NCBI RefSeq assembly: GCF_006345805.1
Contig: NC_043019.1
Coordinates: 16,305,360 to 16,369,359 of the forward strand
DNA from: Octopus sinensis
Taxonomy: Eukaryota
Direction of reading: 5' to 3'
DNA: 64,000 bases
The first letter of the stretch is position 1. Each line of letters begins with the position of its first letter. Below are positions 17,950-30,299 of the stretch, piece by piece. The translations under genes were made by a program, and so were the position numbers. The notes below the pieces were generated by a model. That model searched no databases and was not told the DNA's origin. It saw nothing but the letters and a program-made list of their open reading frames with translations.

Positions 17950-19260
17950 TCATTAGCAGTTGATTACATTCCTGTTGCCTTATAGTTGTGATACACCATC
18001 GTTGGAACAAAAGAAAAAGAAATACTGTACTTTGTTTGGTACCAAGCTTGGAAAATTGAATGGATTTAAAGCAAACATAAAATTACTTTCCAACAAGTCA
18101 CCGCGGTTTTGTAAATCTGGAAGACTTCCGATCGCGCTGCGGCCAAAAGTGGAAACCGAATTACAACGTTTACAGTCGGAAGGTGTTACTATTCCAGTTC
18201 AATGCTCTGATTGGGCAGCTCCCATTGTACCAGTGATCAAAAAGGATGGCCCAGTGCGTATTTGCGGAGATTATAAACTTACAGTCAACCGATCAGCTGT
18301 TTTAGACAAGTACCCGTTGCCTAAAATAGAAGTGGCCAGAAAAACCGTGGCCAAGGTTACACGTTGATTATTTTGGTCCTCTTAATGGTATGATGTGCTT
18401 ATTGATTATTGATGCGCATTCGAAATGGAAAGATGTACATCAGTGGTTCATGCTACAGCAGAATCTACGGTCGCCTGACTACGCTCATCATTTTCTACAT
18501 TTAGGATTCCAGAAACAAACTGTTCAGATAATGGCACTCCTTTCACAAGTGAGGTTTTCCAGACATTTTTCAGAGAGAATGGGGTACGTCGCATAAGAAC
18601 TGCACCATATCGTCTGTCTTCAAATGGCCCAGCAGAATGAGCTGTTCGGACGGTATTTGAAAAAGCAAAGTGCCAGAAAATACCAGACTAAACTGGATCG
18701 TTTACTTTTTGCCTGTCGCACGACCCTGACTGAATCTGCAGACAAGTCTGCAGCTGAGTTGTTGTTTGGTTGCAACCTGCAAACGAGATTCGACCTTTTA
18801 TTCTCGTCATCGCACAAAAATGTTGAAGAAAAACAAAAACGAATGAATGTGAAGAACAAGGAAGGACCACAAATGAAAGCGACTGGTGCTGGGTATACTC
18901 GACCTCTCCATGAGCCGTGGTGGCAACCAGCAACAGTCGTTGAAACTTTTGCAAGTTTGATCAATTTGCGTTCACCAAGGGGTCAAGTTGTGTGCAGACG
19001 TTCGGATCACATTCGATCTTGAGTAACGAATGCAACGAATGATCAAACGGAAGAAAACGAGGAAACTGGGTGAATCTCAACGGGTGAAGGCGACAATTTG
19101 GATGAAAGAGAAACAACTAACAGCCCTGCATTGCGACGATCAAAACCTGTTGACCGCAATCAGGGTCAGACAGAGAATATCGAAGAAGAGAGAAAGGGTT
19201 GTTGCGACTTGAACTTACGATTATGTGTTATGCGTCATTCAGTCTATCACGCGCATGCGT
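17950..19260 (+). mobile_element. Gypsy/Ty3 LTR retrotransposon remnant with large internal deletion
   Basis: RT start PIVPVIKKDGPVRICGDYK...DKYPLPKIE is joined to integrase PEKPWPRLHVDYFGP...IDAHSKW, SDNGTPFTS, SSNGPAE. Purine tract about 19183-19198 is followed by TGTTG (candidate 3' LTR start). Confidence 0.85.
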
Positions 19261-19289
19261 GTGTGTGTGTGTGTGTATGATGGTTAATT

Positions 19290-20515
19290 CTGACTGGTTC
19301 TTTTCCTATCTATAAAACCAGTGTTCTGTTTTCATTTGGTTATGGCCTGAATTACATATTACTGGGATAGGAGTGGTTCTGATTAGCTCATATATATTTA
19401 AATGATAAACTCCTGGAAAGTTTTACAGATTTTTACAATTCCAGTGATGGATTGGATCTGTAGTCTTCGAATTAGCTTTCTCCTTTCTGGTTATGAGAAA
19501 CCTAATTTCTCAAGATTGGTATTTAGACAGTGTGTTACATATCCCAGGTACACCAATAATTATAGGTATAAACCTGAACTTGTAATCTGGGTAGAGTAGC
19601 TGTAGATTTCTCAATAGTTCAGCGTAGGTGTTCTCTTTTTCACTGATCTTCAGCTTTATGTTAACATCCGCTGAGCAGCAAATGTCCACAACTGTGCACA
19701 GTTTCTCTTTTCTATCCCAAATCATTCTATCAGGTTTGTTGAGCTTAAATTTTACTGAGGTCTTCACCGGGACATTCCACCGGTGTTCCTTTTTATTATG
19801 AGTGGCTATGGCTTCTACCATATTGTGGGTTCTTATTTCTTTGTGCTCGGGATTATCCTTCCGACGGATTTCATTATAGAGTGTCCTAGCTACAACGTCA
19901 TGTCTCATCGGTAGATAATACAGTGATGACATTTTCGGACAACTGCTTATGATGCGGGTAATATCTTCGGTGTGAATTCTATAAAGTCTGCATCGGTTGT
20001 CACATTTTACCGCTTTACCTGCATCTCTATCCCTTTTGTGCATCAGGTACTTGGTTGATATTTCCTGTTCCTTATCAGTCAAAGGGTGTTGCTCAAGGAG
20101 CTGCCTTCCAAGTCTTTGGATGTTACCAGACTCATGTGTGCAAACTTGGTCAAAGGATGCACTTCGACACTTGGTGATTAAAAAATGTTGCCGAAAGAAT
20201 ATAATGCGATATTCAAAGGAATTTTGGATCGATATTAAGCCTCTTCAGCTTTGTTTTCGTATTCGGTAGAGGTGGTCAGTGTTTATGAGGAAATTATGTG
20301 TGCTTGTTAGTATTTTTCGGGTTTTCACATGAATGGCTCGGATCTCATCAAGTGTCCAATCAAGCAGCCCAAATGTTGGTGCTGCAAACAGATTGTGGGC
20401 CACTGTTTTATTGAATGGAGTGAGTTCTGAGGTCCAAATTTTCTTTATTCGGCTATAATATTCTTTAGTGGCACGTGTTTTGTTGCATATGCATGTGTGT
20501 ATGTATGTATGTATG

Positions 20516-20552
<37 letters not shown>

Positions 20553-20573
20553 GTAGGTATGTATATATGTATG

Positions 20574-20607
<34 letters not shown>

Positions 20608-20880
20608 TGTATGTATGTATGTATGTATGTATGTATGTATGTATGTGTGTATGTATGTATGTGTGTATGTATGTGTTATACCGTATTTGAAAAGTCTGGA
20701 AAGGCTTCTTCAGTTTGGTTTTCGGAATCTGACAGCCTGACCGTTCCTCTTCCAGACCAATATTCCACGAACCATTTCCTTCGTGGCATCGGTGCCAGTT
20801 TTGTGATTAGCACCACTGGAGACACTTCGCCGATCTGTCGAGGACATTCACTCCGAGGACAATAAAATCTACAAGAGCTT
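19290..20880 (-). mobile_element. RLE-type (R4/HERO/NeSL-like) non-LTR retrotransposon 3' part, interrupted by (ATGT)n
   Basis: ORF 19510-20082: degenerate CCHC (CRLYRIHTEDITRIISSC), RHD, NKPDRMIWD, FIPIIIG. Confidence 0.8.
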
Positions 20881-21559
20881 CACCTAAATGGAAGCTTCTG
20901 GAAAAAAAAGAACAAAAATAGAACAAAAAATTAATATCTTTCGTAGACAAAATTTTTTAAAATGAGGAATGAAAAGGCTTGAGATCATCGCAGACAACCT
21001 TCATGTGTTGAATGGCTTCACAGAGACAGCATCTGCTAAACAACGTGTGTGTGTGTTGTGTGTGTGTGTGTCCGGACTTAGCAAATTTAACTGCCCCATT
21101 ATGGTATTGATTTTAGATTAACTAAACTGTAACTGCCTTTCAAGTCAAATTCAACGAGTTTATGTGCATATATGCATGTATGTATGCTTGCTTGCATGTA
21201 TGTATGTATGTATGTATGTATGTATGTATGTATGTATGTATGTATGTATGTATCTATATATCTATTTGTTTGTACGCGTATCTGTGGATACTTGTATGTA
21301 TGTGTGGCTCTGTGGGATAGATTTTTTAATGTATTATCTAATTCTTTTAAAGAATTCCAACCGGTCACAAAGTATCAAATCTCTTTTGCTTAAATCAAGA
21401 GAGTCCTTGATGTTTGTGGTTACCTGAATTGCTTGATGTGTGTGTGTGTGGTGTGTGTGTGTGTGTGGTGTGTGTGTGTGTTGTGTGTGTGTGTGTGTGG
21501 TGTGTGTGTATGTGTGTGTGTGCTCCACATGTATACGTGAATGTGTGCATATGTTTCCT

Positions 21560-23260
21560 TCAAAAAACCCTCAAACGGAGAATCCCTGAAATGTTTTACA
21601 AATGTTCCCTGCTCCTCTAAATGACCGTATCTGAGAAATACGAATCCGTCGGCTTTTTTTTTCTTTTCATGCAGATCTGTTGTTGCATAGCCCAGTGCAC
21701 CTATGCACACATGGAACACACGAGAGTCTGTAGCCTGGATATACGAGATGTAGCTTCCTTATCAGTTTTTTTAATAGATGTTCACCTTTCCCCCAATTCT
21801 TCACCAAATATTCCCACCAGCCAGGCAGATGGTCTCTACAACAGTACATGACTTCTGCTTACACCAACTTGCTGTTTTTATCATTTTTCATTGTTAAAGG
21901 TGTGGATACATTTTGGTTCAGGTGTGCCTATGGACAAACCTTCCTGCACTGTAGACCATCTTAGCTACAATGTCATGTCTCATAGGAAGGTAGTATTATA
22001 CGGACATTTGGAGGACAGTTGCTTGTGATATGGATAATATCTTCCCCGGCAGTAAGAGGCAATCAACACTTTCTGTCACAATGTGGAGATTTAGAAGCAT
22101 CTTTATTTTTCTTGTTGATCGAGTATTTTGTAGCTTTTTCCCGCTCCTGGATTCGAAACACATGGCCTTCTCGATAAGATCTGATGTATCTGTTGCAGAT
22201 GCCGGAGAGGTTACCATTCTCGTCACTATTGTAGGAATTCTCCTGCTTGCGGGATATGGACCCTTAGATAACTTTCTGCTGGTTTGATATTTCTCCTTCA
22301 ACTTTCAGTCGGTCAGTCCACACATCATGGAACAGTTGTACACTCGGTGTATCTTTTCAAGAGTTCTTCACCCTATTTAGACGATGTTATTTCTTTCTTT
22401 CGCTTTACTACTCTCATCTTTATATTAATTCCTCTCATTGCTGTTCAGCTGATGTCGCTTAAGTGTTTCACGATGCGGCACTCAAAGGCCGTCTGGACTT
22501 TTATTCTCCCTCCTTCCGTTTTACATTGTTTCTGTCAGTGTCACTGTTGATATGGAAGGTACCATTTTCTTTTTTATCTTGATGTCCAGGCAGTGGGTTG
22601 CTTCGAGTGTCCAGTCTTGTGTTCGAAAATGTTACTAGCACTGGCACTGCGAATGCATTGTGGGATATGTCCTTACCGGACGCAGACACCTCAGGCCTCC
22701 ATACCTTGTGAGATCTGCTGAAATATTCCTTTGTCGATTCAGCTTCACTCACAGCACCGCCGCATACAATATTCTCATTGATTCCAAGGTATTTGTAGCC
22801 TTCATCACTGGCGATAGAGGAGACAGACAGGCCATTGGTATCCATATTCTTTGCCTGGCCGACAAGTTTTCCATGTTTCACCACCAAATGTGAACACTTG
22901 TCTTGACCAAACTCCTTTTCTATGTCCTGTGAGAATGTTTTGTCCAGTTCTCACCGCTTCCTGGTGTCGGGGATTATTACCTGAATACAGCTGAAAGTCA
23001 TCAACAAGCGTGAGTGAAATTGCTTTCTTTCATCTGCAGCTTTCATCGTGTAACTTTACATTTCTTTCTCGGGGCTGACCAGGGATTCATTGCCAACACA
23101 AAATTCAAAGAAACTGACATCCGGAAAGGGTCCTGTCGATTCTTTAATTCTGTAAATGACGAGAGTGATAGCTTCAATTCTAATCGATACTCGTAGCTTT
23201 GTGAACCAATCAGTCTCTTAATGGCGATGACTTCAGCACTGGGAACCTTAAAAAGGTTCA
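21560..23260 (-). mobile_element. Second RLE-type LINE remnant (RT C-terminus to RHD region)
   Basis: VDDFQLY near 23000, YKYLGINE in ORF 22501-22887, YYLPMRHDIVAK near 21960-22000. Confidence 0.7.
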
Positions 23261-23467
23261 TTATCTATAAGTGAGGAACAGAGTCATGGCCTCACAACCG
23301 GGGTTGGTTTATTTATGTCCCCGTAATTTGACGTTTAAAAATATCTGCTGGAGTTGATTTGTTCGAATAAAAACTTTCAAGGCTGAAACAGGTAAGCATT
23401 TTTTTAAATATATAGATATATAAATGGATGGATGGGTGGATATATGCATGTGTGTGTGTATATGTGT

Positions 23468-23513
<46 letters not shown>

Positions 23514-24265
23514 TGTGTGTGTGTGTGTGTGTTTTTAGATAATTAAATTGTAATAAATAAATAATAACACATTTCAGTTTCCAGTCTAATGACCAGAGTC
23601 TAGCTGGCCGTTGCCACAGCAACGCAGTAAATATTTGCCAAATGTTGTATAAAAGACATAAACTTGTATGGGAAAGCGGGAGGGGGGAGGTTGAGGGGCC
23701 TAGATTAACACCTGTACAGGGAATCGATCCCGGGTGGATACAAGGTAACATACAAATGTCTGGGATGATTGCTTCTTAAAAAATTTACACTTTCTCCAAC
23801 TACGCTTGGGAAACAGTTTAAATATTTAAATTCACATTCATACGCACGCACACATACATATACACACACATATACATACACACATACATACACACATACG
23901 TAGAGGCATACATACATACATACATACATACATACATACATACATACATACACACACACATGCACAATACATACATACATACATACATACATACATACAT
24001 ACATACATACATACATACACACACACACATACATACATACATATATATATACCCACACATCAAAGTCACCAGCCCCTATCCACACGCACACACACACTCT
24101 CACATACACATGCACGCACACATTCGTTTTGGGATTACCACTACTTTATTATCTCCCTTTCTTTCTAGCTTTCCTGTCTGACCATCTCTGCCCGGCCATC
24201 GCCATGATTGACCTCTAGCCACTAAAGCTTTTTTTTATTCTCTCTCTGGTTATTTTCTTGCGCTC

Positions 24266-24301
24266 CTTTCTGTTGAAGCGCTTAGGCTCGAAACGTAAAA
24301 G
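24266..24301 (+). ncRNA. Hammerhead motif, CUGUUGA family (repeat about 24180-24390)
   Basis: CTTT-CTGTTGA-A-GCGC ttag GCTC-GAAA-CGT-A-AAAG; ACGT palindrome intact, one stem II mismatch. A tail-only relative lies at 33190-33285. Confidence 0.65.
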
Positions 24302-24403
24302 ACTTTCTCACCTTCCCGAGCGTTAAACCAATACACCTGTTTGTTGTCTACACACCTGTCTTCGACTTTTGTTTTTTTGTAAATTCCAAATATATATATG
24401 TGT

Positions 24404-24448
<45 letters not shown>

Positions 24449-24460
24449 CATATATATCTA

Positions 24461-24831
24461 CTAGCACTATGACCCGGCGTTACGGGTCATAGTGCTAGTG
24501 CATGCATATACAGCTGCGTGCGTGCGCACATACATGCGAGTACTGTCCAAATCTCCGACCAATCACATACAGCTAGCTGGCATTCAATTGGTGTATCACG
24601 TTTCAGGCAATTTGATTGGGTTTTGGATAGAAAATTCACAAAAAAGTCACTTCTATTGATTTTTTAATGGCTTTGCGGGGTGACTGGGGAAATATAAAGA
24701 TGCGCACGACCACCCTTGGACGGTTTTGAAAGACCATAGAAAGTGCGAGCCCTCTAACTGAAAAATTGTGGATGTGTATAAAGGACACACACACACATAG
24801 ACAGACATTTTGCCGTTTATATATATAGAGA
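24461..24831 (-). mobile_element. Non-autonomous Helitron (371 bp)
   Basis: Minus strand begins A|TCTCTATATATATAAAC and ends in a hairpin ...CTAG|T; inserted between A and T with no TSD. Confidence 0.75.
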
Positions 24832-25403
24832 TATACACACACACATTCATATATATATATATATACACCTACCTACATACATACATGCATTTACATACAC
24901 ATATGCACATATATATACACACCTGACGCACGCACACACACATGTTTTTTTATGCATTTGTGTATATATGTTTTTGTACAAGAATGTCATGAATGTGAGT
25001 CTGAGGTGAGAGGTAAACCTCTACGTAATCTTTCACCGATTCTTCTCTCTAAATCTTCCACTCGTCCAAACGCTGCGCAAAGCCAACAAAGCTCTATGTA
25101 GACAACGGCAGGAGGGGATGGCCAGGGTTGGGTTGCCGAACTATTCCACTCTTATCAGTAAACGCACTTTTCTTTCTTTCTTTCTTTTCCTATCTTTGTT
25201 TCATTCTTTCTTTTTTTCTTTCATTCTTTCTTCCTTTCTTTCCTTCTTTCTTCCTCTCTTCTTTAATTCTTTCATTCCTTCTTTCCTTCTTTTTTTCTTT
25301 CATTCTTTCTTCCTTTCTTTCCTTCTTTCTTCCTCTCTTTTTTAATTCTTTAATTCCTTCTTTTCTTCTTTCTTTCTTTCATTCTTTCTTTCTACTCCAA
25401 CAG

Positions 25404-25456
25404 ATTTTAACAAAAGTGGATATTTAGACTGGAAAGACTTCGACTTATGCAGACAG
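25404..25456 (+). CDS. Calexcitin-like exon 2 (DFNKSGYLDWKDFDLCRQ, EF-hand 1)
   Basis: Pyrimidine tract, CAG acceptor and GTAAGT donor; phase 1 to 0; EF loop D-x-N-x-S-G-Y-L-D-x-x-D. Confidence 0.9.
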
Positions 25457-26616
25457 GTAAGTTACGGATCAAATATTGTGGTTCATGATGTTTCTCTTGT
25501 AGAGCAGACCTGTGAATATAGGATCTCCAACTATGACCATCCAACCAGAGTTTTTTTTTAAAAAAAACATAATGCATCTATGATTACATTAACGTGTCCT
25601 GCCTGCTTTTTAAAAACAGTAAGATGATTTTTTAAGGATATTTAGCTGCTATTTCTAACAGATCAAATGCCTAGGTGGTTCGTTTCCGTTCTAATGATCC
25701 TGTGGAGAGTGCAGTGGGTCTGGCAATCGTTTATTTTACAATGAATGCCTCTTCTGTGCTTAGTGTTGTTTGGGGTTGGGTTCTATGTACGATGTTTCAG
25801 GAGAAAATGGCACCGTGAAGGTCTAGAAACATGGACGCCCCGAAAGACTTTCATGTTAAAAAGGAAAAGTAATGGAAGCTGGAAACGTTCTGAAAATGAA
25901 AAGCGAATAAATATAACTAGAACATAGTTCTGGTTTGTGGTGGTTCTCCGTCGTTCGTCGATGAGGATCCGGTTGTTCGTTCAACAATATTATTTGTTTC
26001 TGAATTACGTATGAGCATAGCATAGACATGTGTGGCGGAATGACACATTATGTGACAAGACTGTAACATTGTAAATTAGAGAAACAATCCACCTGTCAGG
26101 CACCTACACAGTTTCCGTTTTCCATAATTTTCCTCCATAATGTCACGCAATGAGATCAGACCCGGGATCCTTAGAGCAGAACTTTCCGAAGTTACGATAT
26201 TCGTTTCTTTACTTGGAACCGTCGCGTCCCATCCAAACTTTTAACAATGAAGCAGATGATGAACTGAAAACGAAACGAATGACTTCAATTCTGATTAACC
26301 TAACATTTTATCCTTCATTTTGTTATATATATATATACATACATGTATGTGTGTGTGAGTGTGTGTGTCTGTGTGTGTGTGTGCGTACATGCGTGCGTGC
26401 GTGCGTGCGTGCGTGTGTACATTCGTTATTAGCGACGGAGCGAATATCATATTAGTTCAAATTAGTCATCTGTAGCATACTTAAAGTAATATATACTGTT
26501 GAAAGTCTTCTAAACTGCGGTATTCGTTTCGAGAAAGTATCTCTTATAGTATTAAAAAAAAGACCAAAAATATAACAGCAGCAGATGGAAGTCGTCCAGC
26601 AGCGACGGTGGAATTT

Positions 26617-26655
26617 CTAAATCCGAATTTCTGCTTCTTTGAGCTTCATCAGTAG
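26617..26655 (-). ncRNA. Candidate hammerhead motif
   Basis: Minus: CTA-CTGATGA-A GCT caaaga AGC A-GAAA-TTCGGAT-T-TAG. Stem III ATTCGGAT is self-complementary with G-U pairs; stems I and II are weak. Confidence 0.4.
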
Positions 26656-26896
26656 TAAGTGTCCACTAGCACCGGATGCTTTCTACTCATGTAAATGCTT
26701 ATGCTTATGCACGTTTGTGTGTGAAAGGTGCTTACACTAAAACTTCCTTCCATAAAGTCTGTGTTAATTCACTTTTATTAAAGTCTTTTATGTAATTAAT
26801 AAATTTTGCGGTGGTAATTCTTTGTTCTTTTTTACCAAATAAACGCACGCACCACAAATTCGTTTTCCACTTCGGATTTATTATTGGATTTTCTTT

Positions 26897-26940
26897 GTTT
26901 GGAAATCTTTCGTCACACATTCTGCGATCTCTTCAACGAT
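26897..26940 (-). ncRNA. Degenerate hammerhead motif, inverted partner of 27030-27073
   Basis: Minus: TTGAAGA-G-ATCGCA gaatg TGTGAC-GAAA-GATTT-C; stem I is disrupted. Confidence 0.45.
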
Positions 26941-27029
26941 TCTCCATCCCACGTGTCTCCTTCTGTTCTGTTTACTCCATACTATTTAGAGAACCGAGTA
27001 AATAGAACAGGAGACACGCGGAATGGAGA

Positions 27030-27073
27030 GTTGCTGAAGAGGTCACAAGACGTGTGACGAAAGATTTCCAGAC
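27030..27073 (+). ncRNA. Hammerhead motif
   Basis: TTG-CTGAAGA-G-GTCACA agacg TGTGAC-GAAA-GATTT-C-CAG; intact core, 6-bp stem II, AGATTT self-pairs with wobble. Confidence 0.6.
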
Positions 27074-27289
27074 AAAGGACGTAAAATAAGAACAATAATA
27101 AATCTGAAGTGAAGAGCGAATATACAGTGCGTGTGTTTATTTGGCAAGAAAAAATGACCGTCCCAAAATATAACAATATCTGTTTCAACACAAAATAAAT
27201 AAATAAACGTAAGAATAAATTTTAATTTCAGGGATTTTTTTTTTAATACTTGTTATTGTATCAAGAATTTTTTATAAAACATATTAAAT

Positions 27290-27840
27290 ACATACATATA
27301 TGCAAACATATATACACCTATGTATGTAAGTATGTATACATGTATGTATGTGTGTATGTATGCATGTATGTACGCATGTATGTATGCATGCAAGCCTCCA
27401 TATATGTATGTGTGTATGTATGGGCGTGTGTATGTATGCATGTATGTGTGCATGTATGTATGTATTCATGTATGTATGTGTGTATGTGTGTATGTATGTA
27501 TGTGAGTATATATGTATGTATGTATTTATTTATGCATGTATGTATGTATGTATGTGTATGTATGTATGTATGTATATATGTATGTATGTATGTATGTATA
27601 TATGTATGTGTATGTATGTATGTATGTATGTATGTATGCATGTATGTGTGCATGTATGTATGTATTCATGTATGTATGTGTGTATGTATGTATGTATTTA
27701 TGTATGAATGCATGCATGGATGTATGTATGTGTATGTATGTATGTATGTGTATGTATGTATGTATGTATGTACGTATATATGTATGTGTATGTGTGTTGA
27801 CATATATGTATGTTATATATGTATGTGTGTGTGTATTGAC
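27290..27840. repeat. (ATGT)n/(GT)n compound microsatellite; similar arrays at 7490-7940, 20485-20675, 23840-24050, 25150-25395, 35460-35725
   Basis: Directly visible. Confidence 0.95.
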
Positions 27841-27867
27841 ATGCATCAGCCGTTTCTCTGTTCACAG

Positions 27868-28008
27868 GAGATATGTCGAATAAGCGGCTGGAAGAGCGAT
27901 GGCCAGGAGGAGAGGGTTCGTGCCTGCAATGTGTTCCTGTCGGTGTGGGAAAAGCTCCAGGCCGTGGCAGATTTCGACAGTGATGGTCACATCACCGCTG
28001 AAGAATGG
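27868..28008 (+). CDS. Calexcitin-like exon 3 (EICRISGW...VWEKLQAVADFDSDGHITAEEW, EF-hand 2)
   Basis: CAG acceptor, GTCAGT donor, phase 0/0; canonical EF loop DFDSDGHITAEE. Confidence 0.92.
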
Positions 28009-28064
28009 GTCAGTGCCCAAAAATATTCGGGTGATAACTTACCATTTTTAAATGATTTTTCTTT

Positions 28065-28134
<70 letters not shown>

Positions 28135-28441
28135 TTGTATGTTGCTCTTGCTTAGAAGTAGACCTATTATCAAAAGTATTCCACCAATGGCCATCGTGTC
28201 ATTTTTGAAGCTCCGATGAAGCTATAGAGTCACACACAAGCATTCATGAGTATGAGTGCATTGCATCCTATAGCAGAAACATCTGTAAGCCAATGAAATT
28301 CATTAGATGGTTGCCCATTCATTTGATATTCTACTCGCTTGTTCCTACACAGCATTTGACTGACGCTAAGTCCTGAGGCAAACGTGGATTGAGTTCTAAC
28401 CCCAGGTTATTAGCCCCGCTATTCCTAAGCGAAATAATAAC

Positions 28442-28499
<58 letters not shown>

Positions 28500-28509
<10 letters not shown>

Positions 28510-28875
28510 CAACAACACCGGACAAGGTGGACCACATATGCTGTATTGTTGATGTTGCATGCAAGAAGGAAGATGAAAAGATAAATACAACCCTCTTAAG
28601 TACGAAATAATCCGGCTATGGAAAATGAAGGAGGTGAAGATAGTGCCAACTATTGTTGGGTCCTTGGGAACAGTATCAGGAGGCATCTAGGGGAATAGAG
28701 GGCCCAGTAGAACTGTTACAAAAGGTTTGCCCCCTTGGCACGGCCAGAATAATCAGGAAAGTATTAGAGAGGTGAAAAGAATGGATAGCATAGTACCGTA
28801 GGCTGCAAGTAGCAAGACGGCTACGCATGCAATACTCCAGGAGCTTCAACAAAACCGGTGATAAAGAGATAATAA
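28500..28875 (+). mobile_element. R4/Dong-like LINE 3' end next to (AAT)n
   Basis: Translates CIVDVAC...LKYEIIRLWKMKEVKIVPTIVGSLGTV...GTARIIRKVL across frameshifts. Confidence 0.7.
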
Positions 28876-29545
28876 TATATACACATATGTGTGTGTGTGC
28901 TTGTGTGCGTGTGCGTATGTGTGTGTGGTGTGTGTACGTACGTATGTATGTGTAAGTTAAGATGAGCATCTAATGAATGTCAGTAGATTCTATGTTTAAC
29001 GAAATGTTTACGTAGGTTAGAGGAAGTAACACAAACCTAGCAGCAATTGTTAGCGACCTTCAAAACAAAGGGGAGATAACGTCGAAAGTTTAGAATTAAT
29101 CTTTAAAGTTTATGAAAACGGCAGGCTGACGTTTGCTAACTAGAGAAAGCGATAGACGTATGTTTTGGCGTGGTACGGCTTAGCTGAGCCTGTGGGTGAA
29201 TGACGTAATTTGCATAATTACAGATAGGAGGAGCTAAAGAAAATAAATGGAACAATGACAAGAAGTTGGGTAATTGTGGTAAATGGTAAATGCTATACGC
29301 GATAAATTCTTAATCTACGCGTGTGCGTATGTGTGTGAATGCTTATGTATAAAATACATACATGTATATATATATATATATAATATAAGGGATATTAGCC
29401 AACTGAATATGGCTAGGGACAGGGCAGGGTGGCGGGGGTGTCACTGTTGCATTTAGCCCCAGGCGAACATCAACGTCACCAGATAGGCCGACGCCATCAC
29501 GGCGTCCTCTATCTTGCAAAGGGAGATCATTCACCAAGAAGCGGA

Positions 29546-29599
29546 TACCACACACGGACCTAGGTTTCAAGGTGTATTGCCTATTATCAACGTGTGGTA
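29546..29599 (-). ncRNA. Hammerhead motif (reverse-complement copy of 29847-29900)
   Basis: Exact reverse complement of the + copy. Confidence 0.75.
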
Positions 29600-29846
29600 G
29601 GCATCGCTTCTCGATGAACGACCAACCGTGCAAGATATATATAAGGATTTTCAAGTAAATACATTTACTGATTTCGAAAATCTGTTCGACAGCAATAACA
29701 ATTCTCTAAATGAGATATAGACAGTGACTGCTCCATAATATAAGGGATATTAGCCAACTGAATATGGCTAGGGACAGGGCAGGGTGGTGGGGGTGTCACT
29801 GTTGCATATATCTTGCACGGTTGGTCGTTCATCGAGAAGCGATGCC

Positions 29847-29900
29847 TACCACACGTTGATAATAGGCAATACACCTTGAAACCTAGGTCCGTGTGTGGTA
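29847..29900 (+). ncRNA. Hammerhead motif with U3-A8 covariation and 8-nt palindromic stem III
   Basis: CACACG-TTGATAA-T AGG caataca CCT T-GAAA-CCTAGGT-C-CGTGTG: 6-bp stem I, ACCTAGGT palindrome, GUC triplet. Confidence 0.75.
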
Positions 29901-30204
29901 TCCGCTTCTTGGTGAATGATCTCCCTTTGCAAGATAGAGGACGCCGTGATGGCGTCGGCCTATCTGGTGACGTTGATGTTCGCCTGGGGCTAAATGCAAC
30001 AGTGACACCCCCACCACCCTGCCCTGTCCCTAGCCATATTCAGTTGGCTAATATCCCTTATATTATGGAGCAGTCACTGTCTATATCTCATTTAGAGAAT
30101 TATTATTGCTATATATATATATATATATAATATAATATATATATATATATATAATATATATATATATATATCTATATATATATATATACATACATATATA
30201 CATA

Positions 30205-30253
<49 letters not shown>

Positions 30254-30299
30254 CATATATTTGTGTGAATGAATATGTGTGTATGTATGCATGCATATC

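Larger units (their letters stand above)
29380..30110. mobile_element. Fold-back of three near-identical copies of a ~305 bp hammerhead-bearing unit, flanked by (TA)n
   Basis: 29806-30110 (+) is the full unit; 29380-29640 and 29691-29807 are partial reverse-complement copies. Confidence 0.85.

Noticed and set aside
27250-28155. 301-aa ORF as a single CDS
   Set aside because: Only 27868-28008 is an exon; the rest is (ATGT)n and (GT)n microsatellite.
29343-30130. Duplicated ORFs (103, 69, 105 aa)
   Set aside because: By-products of the fold-back duplication; no recognisable protein.
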